64,000 bases of DNA, from NCBI GenBank assembly GCA_030740155.1, contig JASLXV010000067.1, forward strand, positions 70,144 through 134,143, read 5' to 3'. The stretch's first letter is position 1. Every line of letters starts with the position of its first letter. The notes beneath the pieces are model-generated. The model was not told the origin of the DNA. It saw only the letters and a program-made list of their open reading frames with translations, and made no database searches. This document shows, piece by piece, positions 1 to 10,274 of the stretch. Source of the stretch: Dehalococcoidia bacterium. GTDB taxonomy: Bacteria; Chloroflexota; Dehalococcoidia; Lucifugimonadales; UBA3495. The translations under genes were made by a program, and so were the position numbers.

Positions 1-367
1 CAGGATCAACACGGGGTCGATTATCCTGGTGACCTTGGCCCTCACTTTCTTCGGGATAACGTCCCATTTTGGCAGCCTGGGTGTATCCCTGGTCGTTATT
101 GGAGTAATGGGTTTCTTCAACACCAGTTTTCGGCTGGTGAACAACGCCCTGGTACAGTCCAGAACTCCCGATGCGCTGCGCGGCCGGGTTACCAGCATAT
201 ACGTGATGGACCATGGCTTCCAGCCTCTGGGCAGCCTTGTGCTGGGGGCGCTGGCCGAAGAAGGGGTCCTGGGTGTGAAGAACGCCGTGGTTTTGGCGGG
301 GGTTGTGGCCATAGCGGTGACGGTCTTCATTGGCCTTCGGTTCCGGCAGCTGTGGAGCCTCAAGTAG
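1..367 (+). CDS. MFS transporter, C-terminal part (5' end outside window)
   Basis: Hydrophobic helices; MFS loop motif VQSRTPDALRGRVTS. Confidence 0.85.
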   Translation, partial: RINTGSIILVTLALTFFGITSHFGSLGVSLVVIGVMGFFNTSFRLVNNALVQSRTPDALRGRVTSIYVMDHGFQPLGSLVLGALAEEGVLGVKNAVVLAGVVAIAVTVFIGLRFRQLWSLK

Positions 368-503
368 GGCGTTTCCGATCCCCATTGGCGAGGGCCACCA
401 CCCTGAAAGTGGCGCCCAGCAAGTACCTCGCTAATCCCGACGATATTTGAAATATGGTTGTTCAATTGGCAAACAATAAACGGATGTTTCGAGGAGGTAC
501 CGC

Positions 504-1400
504 GTGTCTATAGAGACTGTTGCGATTCTCAGCCCCGGAGATATGGGGCATGCCGTAGGCCAGTTGCTTCGAGAGCACGAGCTGCGGGTCGTCACCTGCC
601 TGGCCGGGAGGTCCGGCCGGACTCGGGCCCTGGCCGAGAAAGCTGGCATCGCGGACATTCCGAGCCTTGAGGAGATGGTGAAGCAGTCCGACGTCATCCT
701 CTCCATCACGGTATCTGAGGTGGTGCCCGCAATGTGCCAATCGGTGGCTGACGCCATACGCGCCACCGGTTCAGACGTGCTGTTCGCCGAGTGCAACGCC
801 ATCGCTCCCCAGGTGGCCCGCCGCATGGAAACCGTCATCGAGACGGCCGGAGGCCGCTTTGTCGATGCCTCCATTATCGGAGGTCCGCCCAAAGGCGGGT
901 CTTGCCCCCGATTCTACGCCTCAGGCCCGCGACTAGCCGATTTCGAGCTGCTCCGGGATTTTGGGCTGGACGTGCGCGGCATGGGGTCTGAAATTGGCCT
1001 GGCGTCGGGCATCAAGATGTGCTACGCGGCCATGACTAAAGGGTCGTCGGCTCTGTACGCCGAGCTTTTGATGGCCGCCGAACTGATGGGCCTATCCGAC
1101 CATCTGCGGGAGGAGTTCCTCGGCAGCCAGCCCGCCATCTACAAACGGATGGAGGGCGGCATTCCCGGTGTGCCCGCCAAGTCACGGCGCTGGGTCAGCG
1201 AGATGCAGGAGATCGAAGCCACCTTCGACCATCTGGGTCTCACCCCGCGTATGTTCCAGGGTGTGGCCGACGTGTACCGGCAAATGGGCAGCACCTCGTT
1301 GGGTGACGAGACGCCCGAGACGAAAGACGCTGACCGGAACCTGCAGCAGACGATCAGTCAACTGGCGTCCCACGTCGAGTCGAATAAGCAACAAGACTGA
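504..1400 (+). CDS. NAD(P)-dependent oxidoreductase, 6PGD/3-hydroxyisobutyrate DH-like with DUF1932-type C-terminus
   Basis: SPGDMG Rossmann motif, VDASIIGGPP, ASGIKMCYAAMTKG; GAGGAGG RBS. Confidence 0.85.
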   Translation: MSIETVAILSPGDMGHAVGQLLREHELRVVTCLAGRSGRTRALAEKAGIADIPSLEEMVKQSDVILSITVSEVVPAMCQSVADAIRATGSDVLFAECNAIAPQVARRMETVIETAGGRFVDASIIGGPPKGGSCPRFYASGPRLADFELLRDFGLDVRGMGSEIGLASGIKMCYAAMTKGSSALYAELLMAAELMGLSDHLREEFLGSQPAIYKRMEGGIPGVPAKSRRWVSEMQEIEATFDHLGLTPRMFQGVADVYRQMGSTSLGDETPETKDADRNLQQTISQLASHVESNKQQD

Positions 1401-1674
1401 GAATCGAGCATCCTGGGAAACCCTCAATCGCGAGGGAAGTTCGCTGGGCGCTTTCAAGAGAAAGTTGCCTGTCTAGCTATCGGTGGGAGCCTCTTTCCCC
1501 ACCGGTAGTTGCACGAGTGGGATTCCTTTCGAATGGGCTTGGGTTGGAGAGGCTCGGGCGGTTCGCCGCTTTCGAGGAACGCGCTCGCCAGAAACGGGTC
1601 CATGCGATCGAAGGGCGGTGTGGGGGCATTTCAAGGCGCCGCCTCGCAACAATCTTCGCATCGGCGAAGTCGTG

Positions 1675-1866
1675 CGATCGTCTTTCCGGCGAAGGCCGGA
1701 ACCCAGGGAAGCGCTAACTGGATCCCGGCCTTCGCCGGGATGACGACCTGGGTATCGGGCCACTTACGGAGCATCGTTCCGGCGAAGGCTGAAACCCAGA
1801 GAAGCACAAGCTGGACCCCGGCCTTCGCTGGGATGACGGCTTGGGTATCTGGCCAATTACGAGGCA
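1675..1866. repeat. Two tandem (~93-bp period) palindromic REP/MITE-like units
   Basis: TTCCGGCGAAGG at 1684 and 1777, each closed by CCTTCGC(C/T)GGGATGAC; related copies at 40880-40958 and 53939-53966. Confidence 0.85.
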
Positions 1867-1887
1867 CCGTTCTGCTGAAGGGTGCTA

Positions 1888-2256
1888 CTACTCAGTCTGA
1901 GTGGTCTTGCTGCCCGGAATGGTGATGGTGATGTGGGCCATGGAGGTGTCATCGGGGGCGCCGTGCCAATGGTTTTCACCGGCGGGAATCAGGACCATAT
2001 CGCCCTCGGTAACCGTCAAGACCTCGCTGTCGTTCGCCACCTTGCCACTCCCCTGGGTGATGACCAGAAGCTGGTCTCCGGAGTGGGTGTGGAAACGGGT
2101 GCGGGAGCCGGCGTCGAAACTGACGACGGCGAAGTTGAAGTTGCTGCTCTCACCGGGCTGCAAAATGGCCTGCCTGTGGACCTGGTTGCCGGTCATCAAA
2201 CCACCAACCATGTTTACTTTCACCTTTGGCGCGTCGCTAAAGGTTACCTTCTTCAT
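1888..2256 (-). CDS. Cupin domain protein
   Basis: HTHSGDQLLVITQGSG and GDMVLIPAGENHWHGA cupin motifs; AGGAGAGG RBS before MKKVTF. Confidence 0.9.
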   Translation of the reverse strand: MKKVTFSDAPKVKVNMVGGLMTGNQVHRQAILQPGESSNFNFAVVSFDAGSRTRFHTHSGDQLLVITQGSGKVANDSEVLTVTEGDMVLIPAGENHWHGAPDDTSMAHITITIPGSKTTQTE

Positions 2257-2462
2257 GGGTCCTCTCCTTAACGAACGGTTTGGGCATGACCTTGGGGTTG
2301 TCTTTGCCGGCCGGCCCGCCGGCAAGGGGCAGGCGGCAGGCGGCGCGATTATGATACCCCGCGGACACCGCCAAGTCCACACGCGCTCCAGGCATGGCAA
2401 GAAGGGGAATTGCGCCGGCCCGGCGTCTGGCGATTGGAGGGCGGTTCAGGCCCCTCGCCGTT

Positions 2463-3746
2463 CTAGGCGGTGCATTTAACCCGGCGGCCCCCGTGGAACA
2501 CCGCTACCACCCGGCGCAGGGCGGCGAGGCCCTCCACCGGATTTCCCTCTACCAGAAGAAGGTCCGCCTCCTTGCCCGCCTCGATGGTGCCCACCGAGTC
2601 CAGTACGCCCAGGGCGGCCGCCGTATTCCGGGTGCCGGCCAGAATCGCCTGCATCGGGGATAGCCCCGCTTCCTTCATCGACAGAAGCTCGCCCTGGAAG
2701 TCGCCGAACTGGTACAGGCCCCAACCGGCGTCGGACCCTCCGACCAGGTTTACCCCCATCTCGATCAGCCGGCCGAACTGCTCCATGCGGGCCCGGCGTC
2801 CCTGCTCTAGTTTGTCGAGATCAGCCGACTCCTCGGCCGAAAGGTCCTCCTCGATCCGTTTCTGGCGCAGCATACCCAGGCGCAACGTGCCGAGGTGCAG
2901 GGTTGGATTGACCCAGACCCCGGAGGCAGCCAGGCGCTCGGCGGTGGCCTGGTCGAACCGGTGGGAACCGTCCGGGTCGTAGAACGCGCAGTGGAATATC
3001 ATGTCGACCCCGGCTTCCAGCGCATTGTTGATGGAAACCGTCGACCGGCAGTGGGCGGCGACGGGCCTGCTCCGGTTGTGGGCCTCTTCCGTCGCGGCCT
3101 TGAGTTCGCTCACCGTAAGTGACGGGCGAAAGGGGTCGCTGGTCACGGTGCTGCCCCCGGAAGCCACCAGCTTTATCAGGTCCGCGCCTTCTTTGATGAG
3201 CTGGCGGACCTGACGCCGCGCGCCCTCGGGTCCGTCGGCCTCCCCGCCCATGAACCACAGGTGGCCCCCGGTGATGGTGACGGGCCGCCCCGCGACCAGC
3301 ACCCGCGGCCCGTCCACCAGGCCCATGGCCAGCCCCTGCCTCAGTGAAAAACCGGTACGGTTCCAGGCCCCGCAGTCGGCCAGGGTAGTAACGCCGGACT
3401 CGAGGGCACGGCGCACGTTCCGGGCCGACCGCAGCAGCCGGATATCGTCGGTCTCGCAGTCCACTTCCTTACCGGTGCGCCCATCACCGGGCATGTTGGT
3501 ATGGGTATGGCAGTCGATCAAGCCGGGCAGGAGAGTGGCCTGAGGGAGATCCAGCACCTGGGGTTCACTCCCGTCGGCCAGACCGTCAAGGGGCCCGCTT
3601 CGGCTTCGCAGTTGCTCCCGAGGCCCCACCCAGTGGATGCGGCTCCCCTGGAGCACCACCGCCGTTCCTTCCGCTGGGGTTTCGCTCAGGCCGTCGATCA
3701 ACTGGCCGGGCTGGATCACCTGCAGGTCCGCTGTCGATGATGCCAC
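2463..3746 (-). CDS. Metal-dependent amidohydrolase
   Basis: PGLIDCHTH, GADLIK, AAH, GSDAG, GTIEAGKEADLLLVEGNP. Confidence 0.92.
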   Translation of the reverse strand: MASSTADLQVIQPGQLIDGLSETPAEGTAVVLQGSRIHWVGPREQLRSRSGPLDGLADGSEPQVLDLPQATLLPGLIDCHTHTNMPGDGRTGKEVDCETDDIRLLRSARNVRRALESGVTTLADCGAWNRTGFSLRQGLAMGLVDGPRVLVAGRPVTITGGHLWFMGGEADGPEGARRQVRQLIKEGADLIKLVASGGSTVTSDPFRPSLTVSELKAATEEAHNRSRPVAAHCRSTVSINNALEAGVDMIFHCAFYDPDGSHRFDQATAERLAASGVWVNPTLHLGTLRLGMLRQKRIEEDLSAEESADLDKLEQGRRARMEQFGRLIEMGVNLVGGSDAGWGLYQFGDFQGELLSMKEAGLSPMQAILAGTRNTAAALGVLDSVGTIEAGKEADLLLVEGNPVEGLAALRRVVAVFHGGRRVKCTA

Positions 3747-3798
3747 TGTCGCACCTCCGGGTTGCTGCCGCCGCCCCGGCGGGCCCGGTCATTATAGC

Positions 3799-5295
3799 CT
3801 ACCTTCGCTCCCGGAGCATGAGGAAAGCCAGGGGAATGGAGGAAGCCACTATCAACAGCAGCGCCGGCGCCGCGGCCTGGGCGAAAAACGCCTCGGAGGT
3901 CGCGGCCCAGATGGAGGTGGCCAGGGTGGTGAAACCGACGGGGCTCAGAATCAGTGTCGCCGGCAGCTCTTTCATGGTCAGCAAGAAGACCAGGGCCGCT
4001 CCGGACAGGATGCCGGGCTTGACCAGAGGCAGGGTGACGGAAGCGAAGACCCGTAGTGGAGACCGGCCCAGGCTACGGGCAGCCTCCTCCATGTGGGGGC
4101 TTATCTGAAGCAGAGAGGTCCTGGCCGCTCCCACCGCGGGGGAAAGGAAGAGGACCACGTAGGCGAAAATGAGCAGGCCCGTGGTCTGGTACAGAGGCGA
4201 GACGTACTTGGCCCCAAAGAATACCAGCGACAGGGCAATGGCGATGCCGGGCAACGCGAATCCGATGTAGGTCACCCGCTCGATGATGCTGCCGAACAGG
4301 CCGGGATAGCGGACCGAGACGATCGCTATGGGCAGGGACGCCGCCACCGCGGCGACTGCCGCTAGGCCCGCAACGTACATCGAGTTCCAGATGTTCCCCC
4401 AAACGATCAGGAGCGGCTCCCCCGCCGCGACTCCCCGGACCACCCAGTAGCCTAGAATGGACACGGGAAGCGCCAAGGCGGCGATGATCACGGCGGCGCA
4501 AAAGGCCACCGCGGGCCAGCGCCAGCGGCCCAACCGGACCGGTACCCTGGGCCGGGCTGCCCCGGCGCCGCTGCTGTAATACCGGGACCGGCCTCGAGTG
4601 AGGGACTCCGCGGCCACGAACCCCAACGCCAACCCGACCAGCGCCAACGACAAGGCCGCGCCCAGGGTCCGGTCGAGGGCGGACTCGTACTGAACGAAGA
4701 TGGCCCAAGTGAAGGTCTCGTACCGGAGCAGTGACACCGCTCCGAAGTCGCTGAGGGTATACAACCCCACCAGGAGGGCCCCGGCGGCCAGAGCGGGCCT
4801 CAGTTGAAACAGGGTGACCCGAAAGAACGTCGACCAGGGGCCGAATCCCAGACCGCGGGAGGTCTCCTCCAGCGACGGGTCCATGCGCTGCAAGGCGGCC
4901 CGCACGGTCAGTAGGACGTAGGGGTAGCTGAGGAAGGTGATGGTCAGGAAGGCCCCGGAGAAGCCGTGGATATCCGGCAGCCGTTCGACCCCAAGGAGTC
5001 TGTCCAGCAAACCTTGCAGCATCCCCCGGGGCCCCAGGGCGACGACGACGACGAACCCACCCACGTAGCTGGGAATCACCAGGGGCAGCGCCGTCAGCAC
5101 CACCCACATGTTCCGCAGGGGAAGGTCGGTGCGCATGGTGAGCCAGGCTAGAGGTACGGCCAGGGCTATTGAGGCCGCGCTGACGGAGACGACCAGCAAC
5201 AGGGTGCGCCCAAGGATTTCCAGGATCCGAGGGCGGACCAGCAGTTCCCACGCTTCCGTGCCGGCGCCCAGGGTGCGCAACACCAGATAGACCAC
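3799..5295 (-). CDS. Fe(III) ABC transporter permease (FbpB-like); true start probably further upstream
   Basis: Two EAA loops (LEETSRGLG, MEEAARSLG), PLVIPSYVGG, KELPATLIL. Confidence 0.92.
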   Translation of the reverse strand: MVYLVLRTLGAGTEAWELLVRPRILEILGRTLLLVVSVSAASIALAVPLAWLTMRTDLPLRNMWVVLTALPLVIPSYVGGFVVVVALGPRGMLQGLLDRLLGVERLPDIHGFSGAFLTITFLSYPYVLLTVRAALQRMDPSLEETSRGLGFGPWSTFFRVTLFQLRPALAAGALLVGLYTLSDFGAVSLLRYETFTWAIFVQYESALDRTLGAALSLALVGLALGFVAAESLTRGRSRYYSSGAGAARPRVPVRLGRWRWPAVAFCAAVIIAALALPVSILGYWVVRGVAAGEPLLIVWGNIWNSMYVAGLAAVAAVAASLPIAIVSVRYPGLFGSIIERVTYIGFALPGIAIALSLVFFGAKYVSPLYQTTGLLIFAYVVLFLSPAVGAARTSLLQISPHMEEAARSLGRSPLRVFASVTLPLVKPGILSGAALVFLLTMKELPATLILSPVGFTTLATSIWAATSEAFFAQAAAPALLLIVASSIPLAFLMLRERR

Positions 5296-5439
5296 CGGCA
5301 GCAGCAGGAGCGCCGTGACCCCGGCGGCCGGAATCCAAATGACGGCCGGAGGCCAACCGGGCCGATGGAACAGGTCCCGGTGGGCTTGATGGTCTCTCGT
5401 TGCCGGTCTAAAGGCCGTAACTCTGCTGCCTGTATGTGT

Positions 5440-6474
5440 TTACGGGAGTATCCCGGCGTCCCGAAGGAGCGCTTGCGTACCCGCAAGGTCGGTCAGGTCC
5501 TTCAAGGGAATACTGGATCGGTTGATGTCAGCCAGAGGTACCAAGACCCGGGGCGTCTTCACACCTTCCACCAGCGGGTACTCGAAGGTCTGCCCGGCGA
5601 AATACTGCTGGGCCACCGTGGAGAGCAGGAACTCCAGGAACTTCTCTCCCACGTCCTTGTTCTCCGAGGTTTCCAGGATTCCGGCTCCGGCAACCATGAT
5701 GGTGGCGCCCGGGCCGCCGGCCCTGGGGTGGTAGTTGCGGGCCGGGAAGGACTCGCCTTCCTCCGCCAGGAACCGGAACAGATAGTAGTGATTGACCAGC
5801 CCCACGTCTATCTCTCCGGCGGCCACCGCGGCAACCTGGGGGGTATTCTTGGGGTAAACCTTCGGGTCGTTGGCCTGGATTCCCTCCAGCCACCGGCGAG
5901 TCTTTTCCTCACCCCATACAGCGCGCATGGCGGTGACCATGGTCTGGAAAGAAGCGTTGGTGGGCGCCCATCCGATGCGGTCCTCCCACTTGGGGTCGAT
6001 GAAATCGAAGATGTCGTCCGGCAGGTCGGCTTCGGTCAGAGTCTCGGTATTGTACACGACCGTCCTGGCCCGCCCGGAAAGCCCAATCCACTTGCCTGCG
6101 GGGGATCGGGCCCAGTCGGGGACTCGCTGGAGGATCTCCTCGGGCAAAGGGTCCAGCAGGTGCTCCACGGCGCCCAGGCCACCCGGGTCTTGGGCGAAGA
6201 ACACGTCGGCGGGGGACCGGTCTCCCTCCTCCAGCAGCGTCGCCGCCAACTGAGAAGTCCCGGCGTATTTCGCCGACACTTTGATGCCCGTGGCCTCTCC
6301 AAACTGCTCGATGATCGGGCCGACCAGCGCCTCGCTGCGCCCCGAATAGATGGTCAGCGAGCCGGCTGAGTCATCGTCGGAGCCGTTGCCGCAGGCTGAA
6401 AGAAGCGCCACCAATAGTAGTGTGACTGCCAGTGGTGGCGCGAGGATTCCCCTGAGTCGCTTTAATCTAACCAT
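5440..6474 (-). CDS. Fe(III) ABC transporter substrate-binding lipoprotein (FbpA/FutA-like)
   Basis: Lipobox LSAC, YSGR, SPADVF, NHYY iron-ligand motif. Confidence 0.93.
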   Translation of the reverse strand: MVRLKRLRGILAPPLAVTLLLVALLSACGNGSDDDSAGSLTIYSGRSEALVGPIIEQFGEATGIKVSAKYAGTSQLAATLLEEGDRSPADVFFAQDPGGLGAVEHLLDPLPEEILQRVPDWARSPAGKWIGLSGRARTVVYNTETLTEADLPDDIFDFIDPKWEDRIGWAPTNASFQTMVTAMRAVWGEEKTRRWLEGIQANDPKVYPKNTPQVAAVAAGEIDVGLVNHYYLFRFLAEEGESFPARNYHPRAGGPGATIMVAGAGILETSENKDVGEKFLEFLLSTVAQQYFAGQTFEYPLVEGVKTPRVLVPLADINRSSIPLKDLTDLAGTQALLRDAGILP

Positions 6475-6654
6475 GGATCCCCCTGCTAACGATCATATAT
6501 ATCCATGGCCCGCGCCCTATCGGGGCCAGGCCTTCCTGCATATGGAATGTGACGTAGTCTGATCGCCAACGGGTCCATCTCAGCGGCGGCACCAGCGCAA
6601 TGGCTGCCCCGGGCCGGGTGACAATTCGACGACTCGAAAGAGATCCGACTGACT

Positions 6655-7025
6655 CGGTATAGTGTGCGCACTTCCTAAAAAGTTATGCTATACTGAATAA
6701 TAATAACATGTACGCACTAACAACCGGTCAAAAGAATATCTGGTTAGAGGCCAACTGTCAACTCTCAAAGGCCCTTGAAAACGGATGCGGCAGCCCCGAA
6801 AAACCTCGCCATGGACTCAGCGGGCAGGCGTGAGCCGCACCGCCAAATCACGGAGCGCAACGGTTCAAATCGCACGCCTGCCAGATACGCGAACTGCCTC
6901 ACTGATAAGAATCAATACGTGGTAAGAACAAATATTAATAAAGGCTGACACACTAACAATAGTGATGGCACTGTTCAGGAAAATATGTCTGCACATATAA
7001 TGATGTTAAACAACAGGAAAACAAA
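6655..7025. promoter_or_regulatory. AT-rich divergent control region with repeated TAGTG-N3-GCACT and CACTAACAA motifs
   Basis: TAGTGTGCGCACT 6660-6672, TAGTGATGGCACT 6960-6972, CACTAACAA 6715-6723 and 6951-6959. Confidence 0.45.
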
Positions 7026-7103
7026 CTCCAGTTCTGCCGCCGTGGATGGCGCCGCGGGTAACCGGACGTTCTGGCCGGGCCGCCGCCGGATGGCAAACCG
7101 GGA

Positions 7104-8285
7104 GTGTCTATGTTAGGCCTCGGTACGCGATCGCCCGGAAAGGCTAAACCGATGGCTCTGGAGCCGGACCGGGACCAACGGGGGCTTCCTCCGGACGGTG
7201 ATGACCGGGCCGCCCTGGAATGCCGCGGCTTGGTCAAATATTTCGGGAACGTGCCGGCAGTGGAAGGGTTGGACCTGACGGTGCGGCCGGGCCAGGTGTT
7301 GGCCCTGCTCGGTCCCAGCGGATGCGGTAAGACTACCGCGCTGCGCCTCATCGCCGGGTTCGAACAAGCCGACGCCGGCACCATCACCCTGGGAGGCCGG
7401 CTGGTTTGCGGTCCGGGTAAGGAGGTCCCACCCGAGAAACGGCAGATCGGCATGGTATTCCAGGAAGGGGCCCTCTTCCCCCACCTGACGGTGGAGCAGA
7501 ACATCTCCTATGGGCTTCCCCGGGCCCACCGGCGCAACGGCAAGACCGAAGAGATGCTGGCCCTGGTGGGCCTCCGCGGCCTGGGCCGCCGGCTGCCCCA
7601 CGAGCTTTCCGGGGGTCAGCAGCAGCGGGTGGCCTTGGGTAGGGCCTTAGCGCCTGAACCGGACGTGCTGCTGCTGGATGAACCGTTCTCCAACCTGGAC
7701 CCCAAGCTGCGGGAGCAGGTGCGCCACGACGTGATGCAGATTGTCCGGGCCAGCGGCGCAACCGCCATCTTCGTCACCCATGACCAGGAAGAGGCCCTGT
7801 TTGTGGGCGACATCGTCGCGGTGATGAACCAGGGCCGCGTCCTGCAGGTGGGCTCCCCCGAAGATATCTTTCATAGTCCGGCATCGAGATTCGTGGCCCA
7901 ATTCATCGGCACGGTGGACTTTCTTCCGGCGTGGCGCGCCGGAGACAAGCTGATGACCGAGGTGGGCTCGGCGGATTGGCCGTTCCCCCCTGACCCGGCT
8001 CAAGCCCCGGAGACCTCCGGGGAGGTCGCGCTTCCAGGACTGGAGGTGATGGTCCGCCCCGACTGTCTGGACTGCTACCCCAGCGAGCAAGGCGGGGGTG
8101 TCATCACCGAGCGGGAGTTCCGGGGCGCCTTCTATCTCTACCGGGTAACTCTTCAGTCCGGCCGTTCGGTGCGCTGTTTGGCCTCCCACACCGCGGGATA
8201 CCCGGTGGGCCAGTTGGTGGAAGTGGCGCTACGACCGGGACACGCCTTGAGACCGTTCATCGACCAACGGGCTGTCGGTGCCTGA
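7104..8285 (+). CDS. Fe(III) ABC transporter ATP-binding protein (FbpC-like, TOBE C-terminus); start uncertain
   Basis: GPSGCGKT, LSGGQQQR, LLLDEP. Confidence 0.92.
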   Translation: MSMLGLGTRSPGKAKPMALEPDRDQRGLPPDGDDRAALECRGLVKYFGNVPAVEGLDLTVRPGQVLALLGPSGCGKTTALRLIAGFEQADAGTITLGGRLVCGPGKEVPPEKRQIGMVFQEGALFPHLTVEQNISYGLPRAHRRNGKTEEMLALVGLRGLGRRLPHELSGGQQQRVALGRALAPEPDVLLLDEPFSNLDPKLREQVRHDVMQIVRASGATAIFVTHDQEEALFVGDIVAVMNQGRVLQVGSPEDIFHSPASRFVAQFIGTVDFLPAWRAGDKLMTEVGSADWPFPPDPAQAPETSGEVALPGLEVMVRPDCLDCYPSEQGGGVITEREFRGAFYLYRVTLQSGRSVRCLASHTAGYPVGQLVEVALRPGHALRPFIDQRAVGA

Positions 8286-8439
8286 CGCGACCCAGTCTTG
8301 GGCCGGCCCGAATCGGCGCTCCAGAAGGCGCCACACTACGCGGGTGTGCTTTTTACCGCCCCCACTGCCCCAGCCGGCCGCCCCATTAAACCCGATCTTG
8401 ATGTAAGATGCGGTAAACCCGTGTTTGTGAGGGCTGCCG

Positions 8440-9192
8440 ATGCCGCGACGAAAAAAAGACACCGGACCGGCCAACGCTGGGGAGACTGCCGCGCCTGCCG
8501 AGCGCTTGACCCCGGTAACCGAAAACTATCTGCTGTGTCTTTACAAGCTCTGGGAGGACTCGCTGATCCCCACTCTCACTCAGCTGACCGATACCATCAG
8601 GCAGTTGCCGGCTTCGGAGGGTCTGGGCACCTCCGTGCCCTCGGTGGCCGGCATGATCCGGCGGATGCGGCGGCAGGCCCTGGTCGACGTCGGGCCGGAC
8701 AAGCGCATCCGGCTGACGAAGAAAGGCCACGAAGGCGCTGAGAACATCGCCCGGCGGCACCGGCTGGCCGAGTGGCTGGTGGTACGCCTGCTGGGCATGG
8801 ACTTGCACAAGGCCCACACCGAGGCCCACCGGTTGGAGCACGTCATGTCCCGGGAGTTCGAGGAGAAGCTGGCCGAACGGCTGGGCTACCCGAAACGGTG
8901 CCCCTTCGGCAGGCCCATCCCGGGTTCCGGTGAACCCAGGATTCCCGTCGATTCCTTGACCCTGGACAGCGCATCAGTCGGCGTGACCTATATGGTGGAA
9001 AGGGTCCCCGAAGAGGACTCGGAGCTGCTGTATTTTCTGATCCGGTCATCGATCATACCAGACCATGAAATAACCGTCGTGGAGGCGGCCCAATTCCTTG
9101 GCGTGCTGATGGTGGCCACCCAGGAGGAGAAGGTGTCAATCGGCTACAACGTGGCGCGGCAGATCCTGGTCCGGGCTCCGGAGACGGCCTGA
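8440..9192 (+). CDS. DtxR/IdeR/MntR-family metal-dependent repressor with C-terminal FeoA/SH3-like domain
   Basis: ENYL, RRHRLAEW, EAHRLEH, CPFGRPIP. Confidence 0.92.
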   Translation: MPRRKKDTGPANAGETAAPAERLTPVTENYLLCLYKLWEDSLIPTLTQLTDTIRQLPASEGLGTSVPSVAGMIRRMRRQALVDVGPDKRIRLTKKGHEGAENIARRHRLAEWLVVRLLGMDLHKAHTEAHRLEHVMSREFEEKLAERLGYPKRCPFGRPIPGSGEPRIPVDSLTLDSASVGVTYMVERVPEEDSELLYFLIRSSIIPDHEITVVEAAQFLGVLMVATQEEKVSIGYNVARQILVRAPETA

Positions 9193-9762
9193 CTACCCTT
9201 GGCCCAGGAGGGTCTGGCGCATCGTGGCCCACCCCTCGGCCATGCTGCGGTGGGGCATTGCCGGAAGCTCGGCATCGCGGAACACCTTGACCAGGACGAA
9301 CACCGGACCGGGCTGAGCCATCACGTCCTCCAGCCCGATGAAGAACTCCTCCAGCTTGTCGAACTGGTAGGTCTTTACATAACCTGCGCCGCGGGCCATG
9401 CCGACGAAATCAACGGCATCGACACCTTTGACCGGCAGCCCGCCGGTAGACTGGTGGGACGCATCGTCGAATACGAAATGCACCAGGTTTTCCGGCTTGG
9501 ATTCGCCGATGGTCGCCAGGCTGCCGAGGTCGGTGCGCAAAGTTGCGTCGCAGTCCAGCACCATGACCTTGCTGCCGGGCTGGGCCAGGGCCAACCCCAA
9601 TCCCACGGCGGGCGCCCGGTCCATGCAGTCCGTCAGGTCCAGGTCCAGGTCGCGGCGCTCCGAGACGGCGTTCCAGTCCCGTAGCGCCGCGGAGGTAGCC
9701 ACAACCAAGGCGTCCTTACGGTGGTAGTTGACCGCCCTGGCCGCTTCCATCGAGGGAATCAC
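9193..9762 (-). CDS. TPP-binding beta-subunit paralog (ComE-like), degenerate TPP motif
   Basis: GLGLALAQP-x3-MVLD, STGGLP; LDCDA in place of LDGDG. Confidence 0.8.
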   Translation of the reverse strand: MIPSMEAARAVNYHRKDALVVATSAALRDWNAVSERRDLDLDLTDCMDRAPAVGLGLALAQPGSKVMVLDCDATLRTDLGSLATIGESKPENLVHFVFDDASHQSTGGLPVKGVDAVDFVGMARGAGYVKTYQFDKLEEFFIGLEDVMAQPGPVFVLVKVFRDAELPAMPHRSMAEGWATMRQTLLGQG

Positions 9763-9988
9763 CAGACTCGTCCTCCTCTTCTCCAGCCGGCTCGGCTGTC
9801 CTTGGCGCCAGGCTGGACTTCTTGGCGGCCACCATCAGATACATGGAGCCCAGCACCATGCCGCCGCCCAGGATGCCCAATCCAACGCTGGGGCGTGAGA
9901 TCCCCTGGAACAGCAACCAGAAGCCCAGGGCGAATGTGGCGTACCCCAGCAACCGGCCGAACAGGCCCCTCAGTAGTAATGTCAACAT
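9716..9988 (-). CDS. Small two-TM membrane protein
   Basis: Two hydrophobic segments; overlaps start of downstream gene on same strand. Confidence 0.6.
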   Translation of the reverse strand: MLTLLLRGLFGRLLGYATFALGFWLLFQGISRPSVGLGILGGGMVLGSMYLMVAAKKSSLAPRTAEPAGEEEDESGDSLDGSGQGGQLPP

Positions 9989-10009
9989 GGAAAAACCCGC
10001 ATGGTGGGG

Positions 10010-10148
10010 CCTTGCCTCAAAAGTACCCTGGAACATGTCACCCCTGGCGAAGCGAGGGGATTAGGGAGGCGGGTCCAGGCTCCGATGCAGGCTTCGATGA
10101 AGGAGCCTCGCACCAGATTCCTCGTCGCCTCGCTCCTCGGAATGACAG
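10010..10148. repeat. TGTCA...TGACA-bounded palindromic MITE-like element
   Basis: Related copy in the same orientation at 36505-36617 (CCTTGCC..AAAAG..CCTGGAA.ATGTCACCCC ... CGCACCAGATTCCTCGTCGC.TCGCTC). Confidence 0.8.
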
Positions 10149-10274
10149 TTTTGTCGGAATACCGCATGACGCCAAGAGGATGAGCCCGGTGTCGATTGTC
10201 ACGGCTGTCGCTATTCACGGCCCGCGAGTCGATGGTCTGACCATCGGCCCGGTAGCCGCCGCGCCGAGGGCAAG

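Noticed and set aside
1473..1925. ORFs with WIPAFAGMT / VIPAKAG peptides
   Set aside because: Translations of the palindromic repeat.
6903..6917. TGATAAGAATCAATA as a canonical Fur box
   Set aside because: Only one half-site matches, which is expected by chance in an AT-rich patch.
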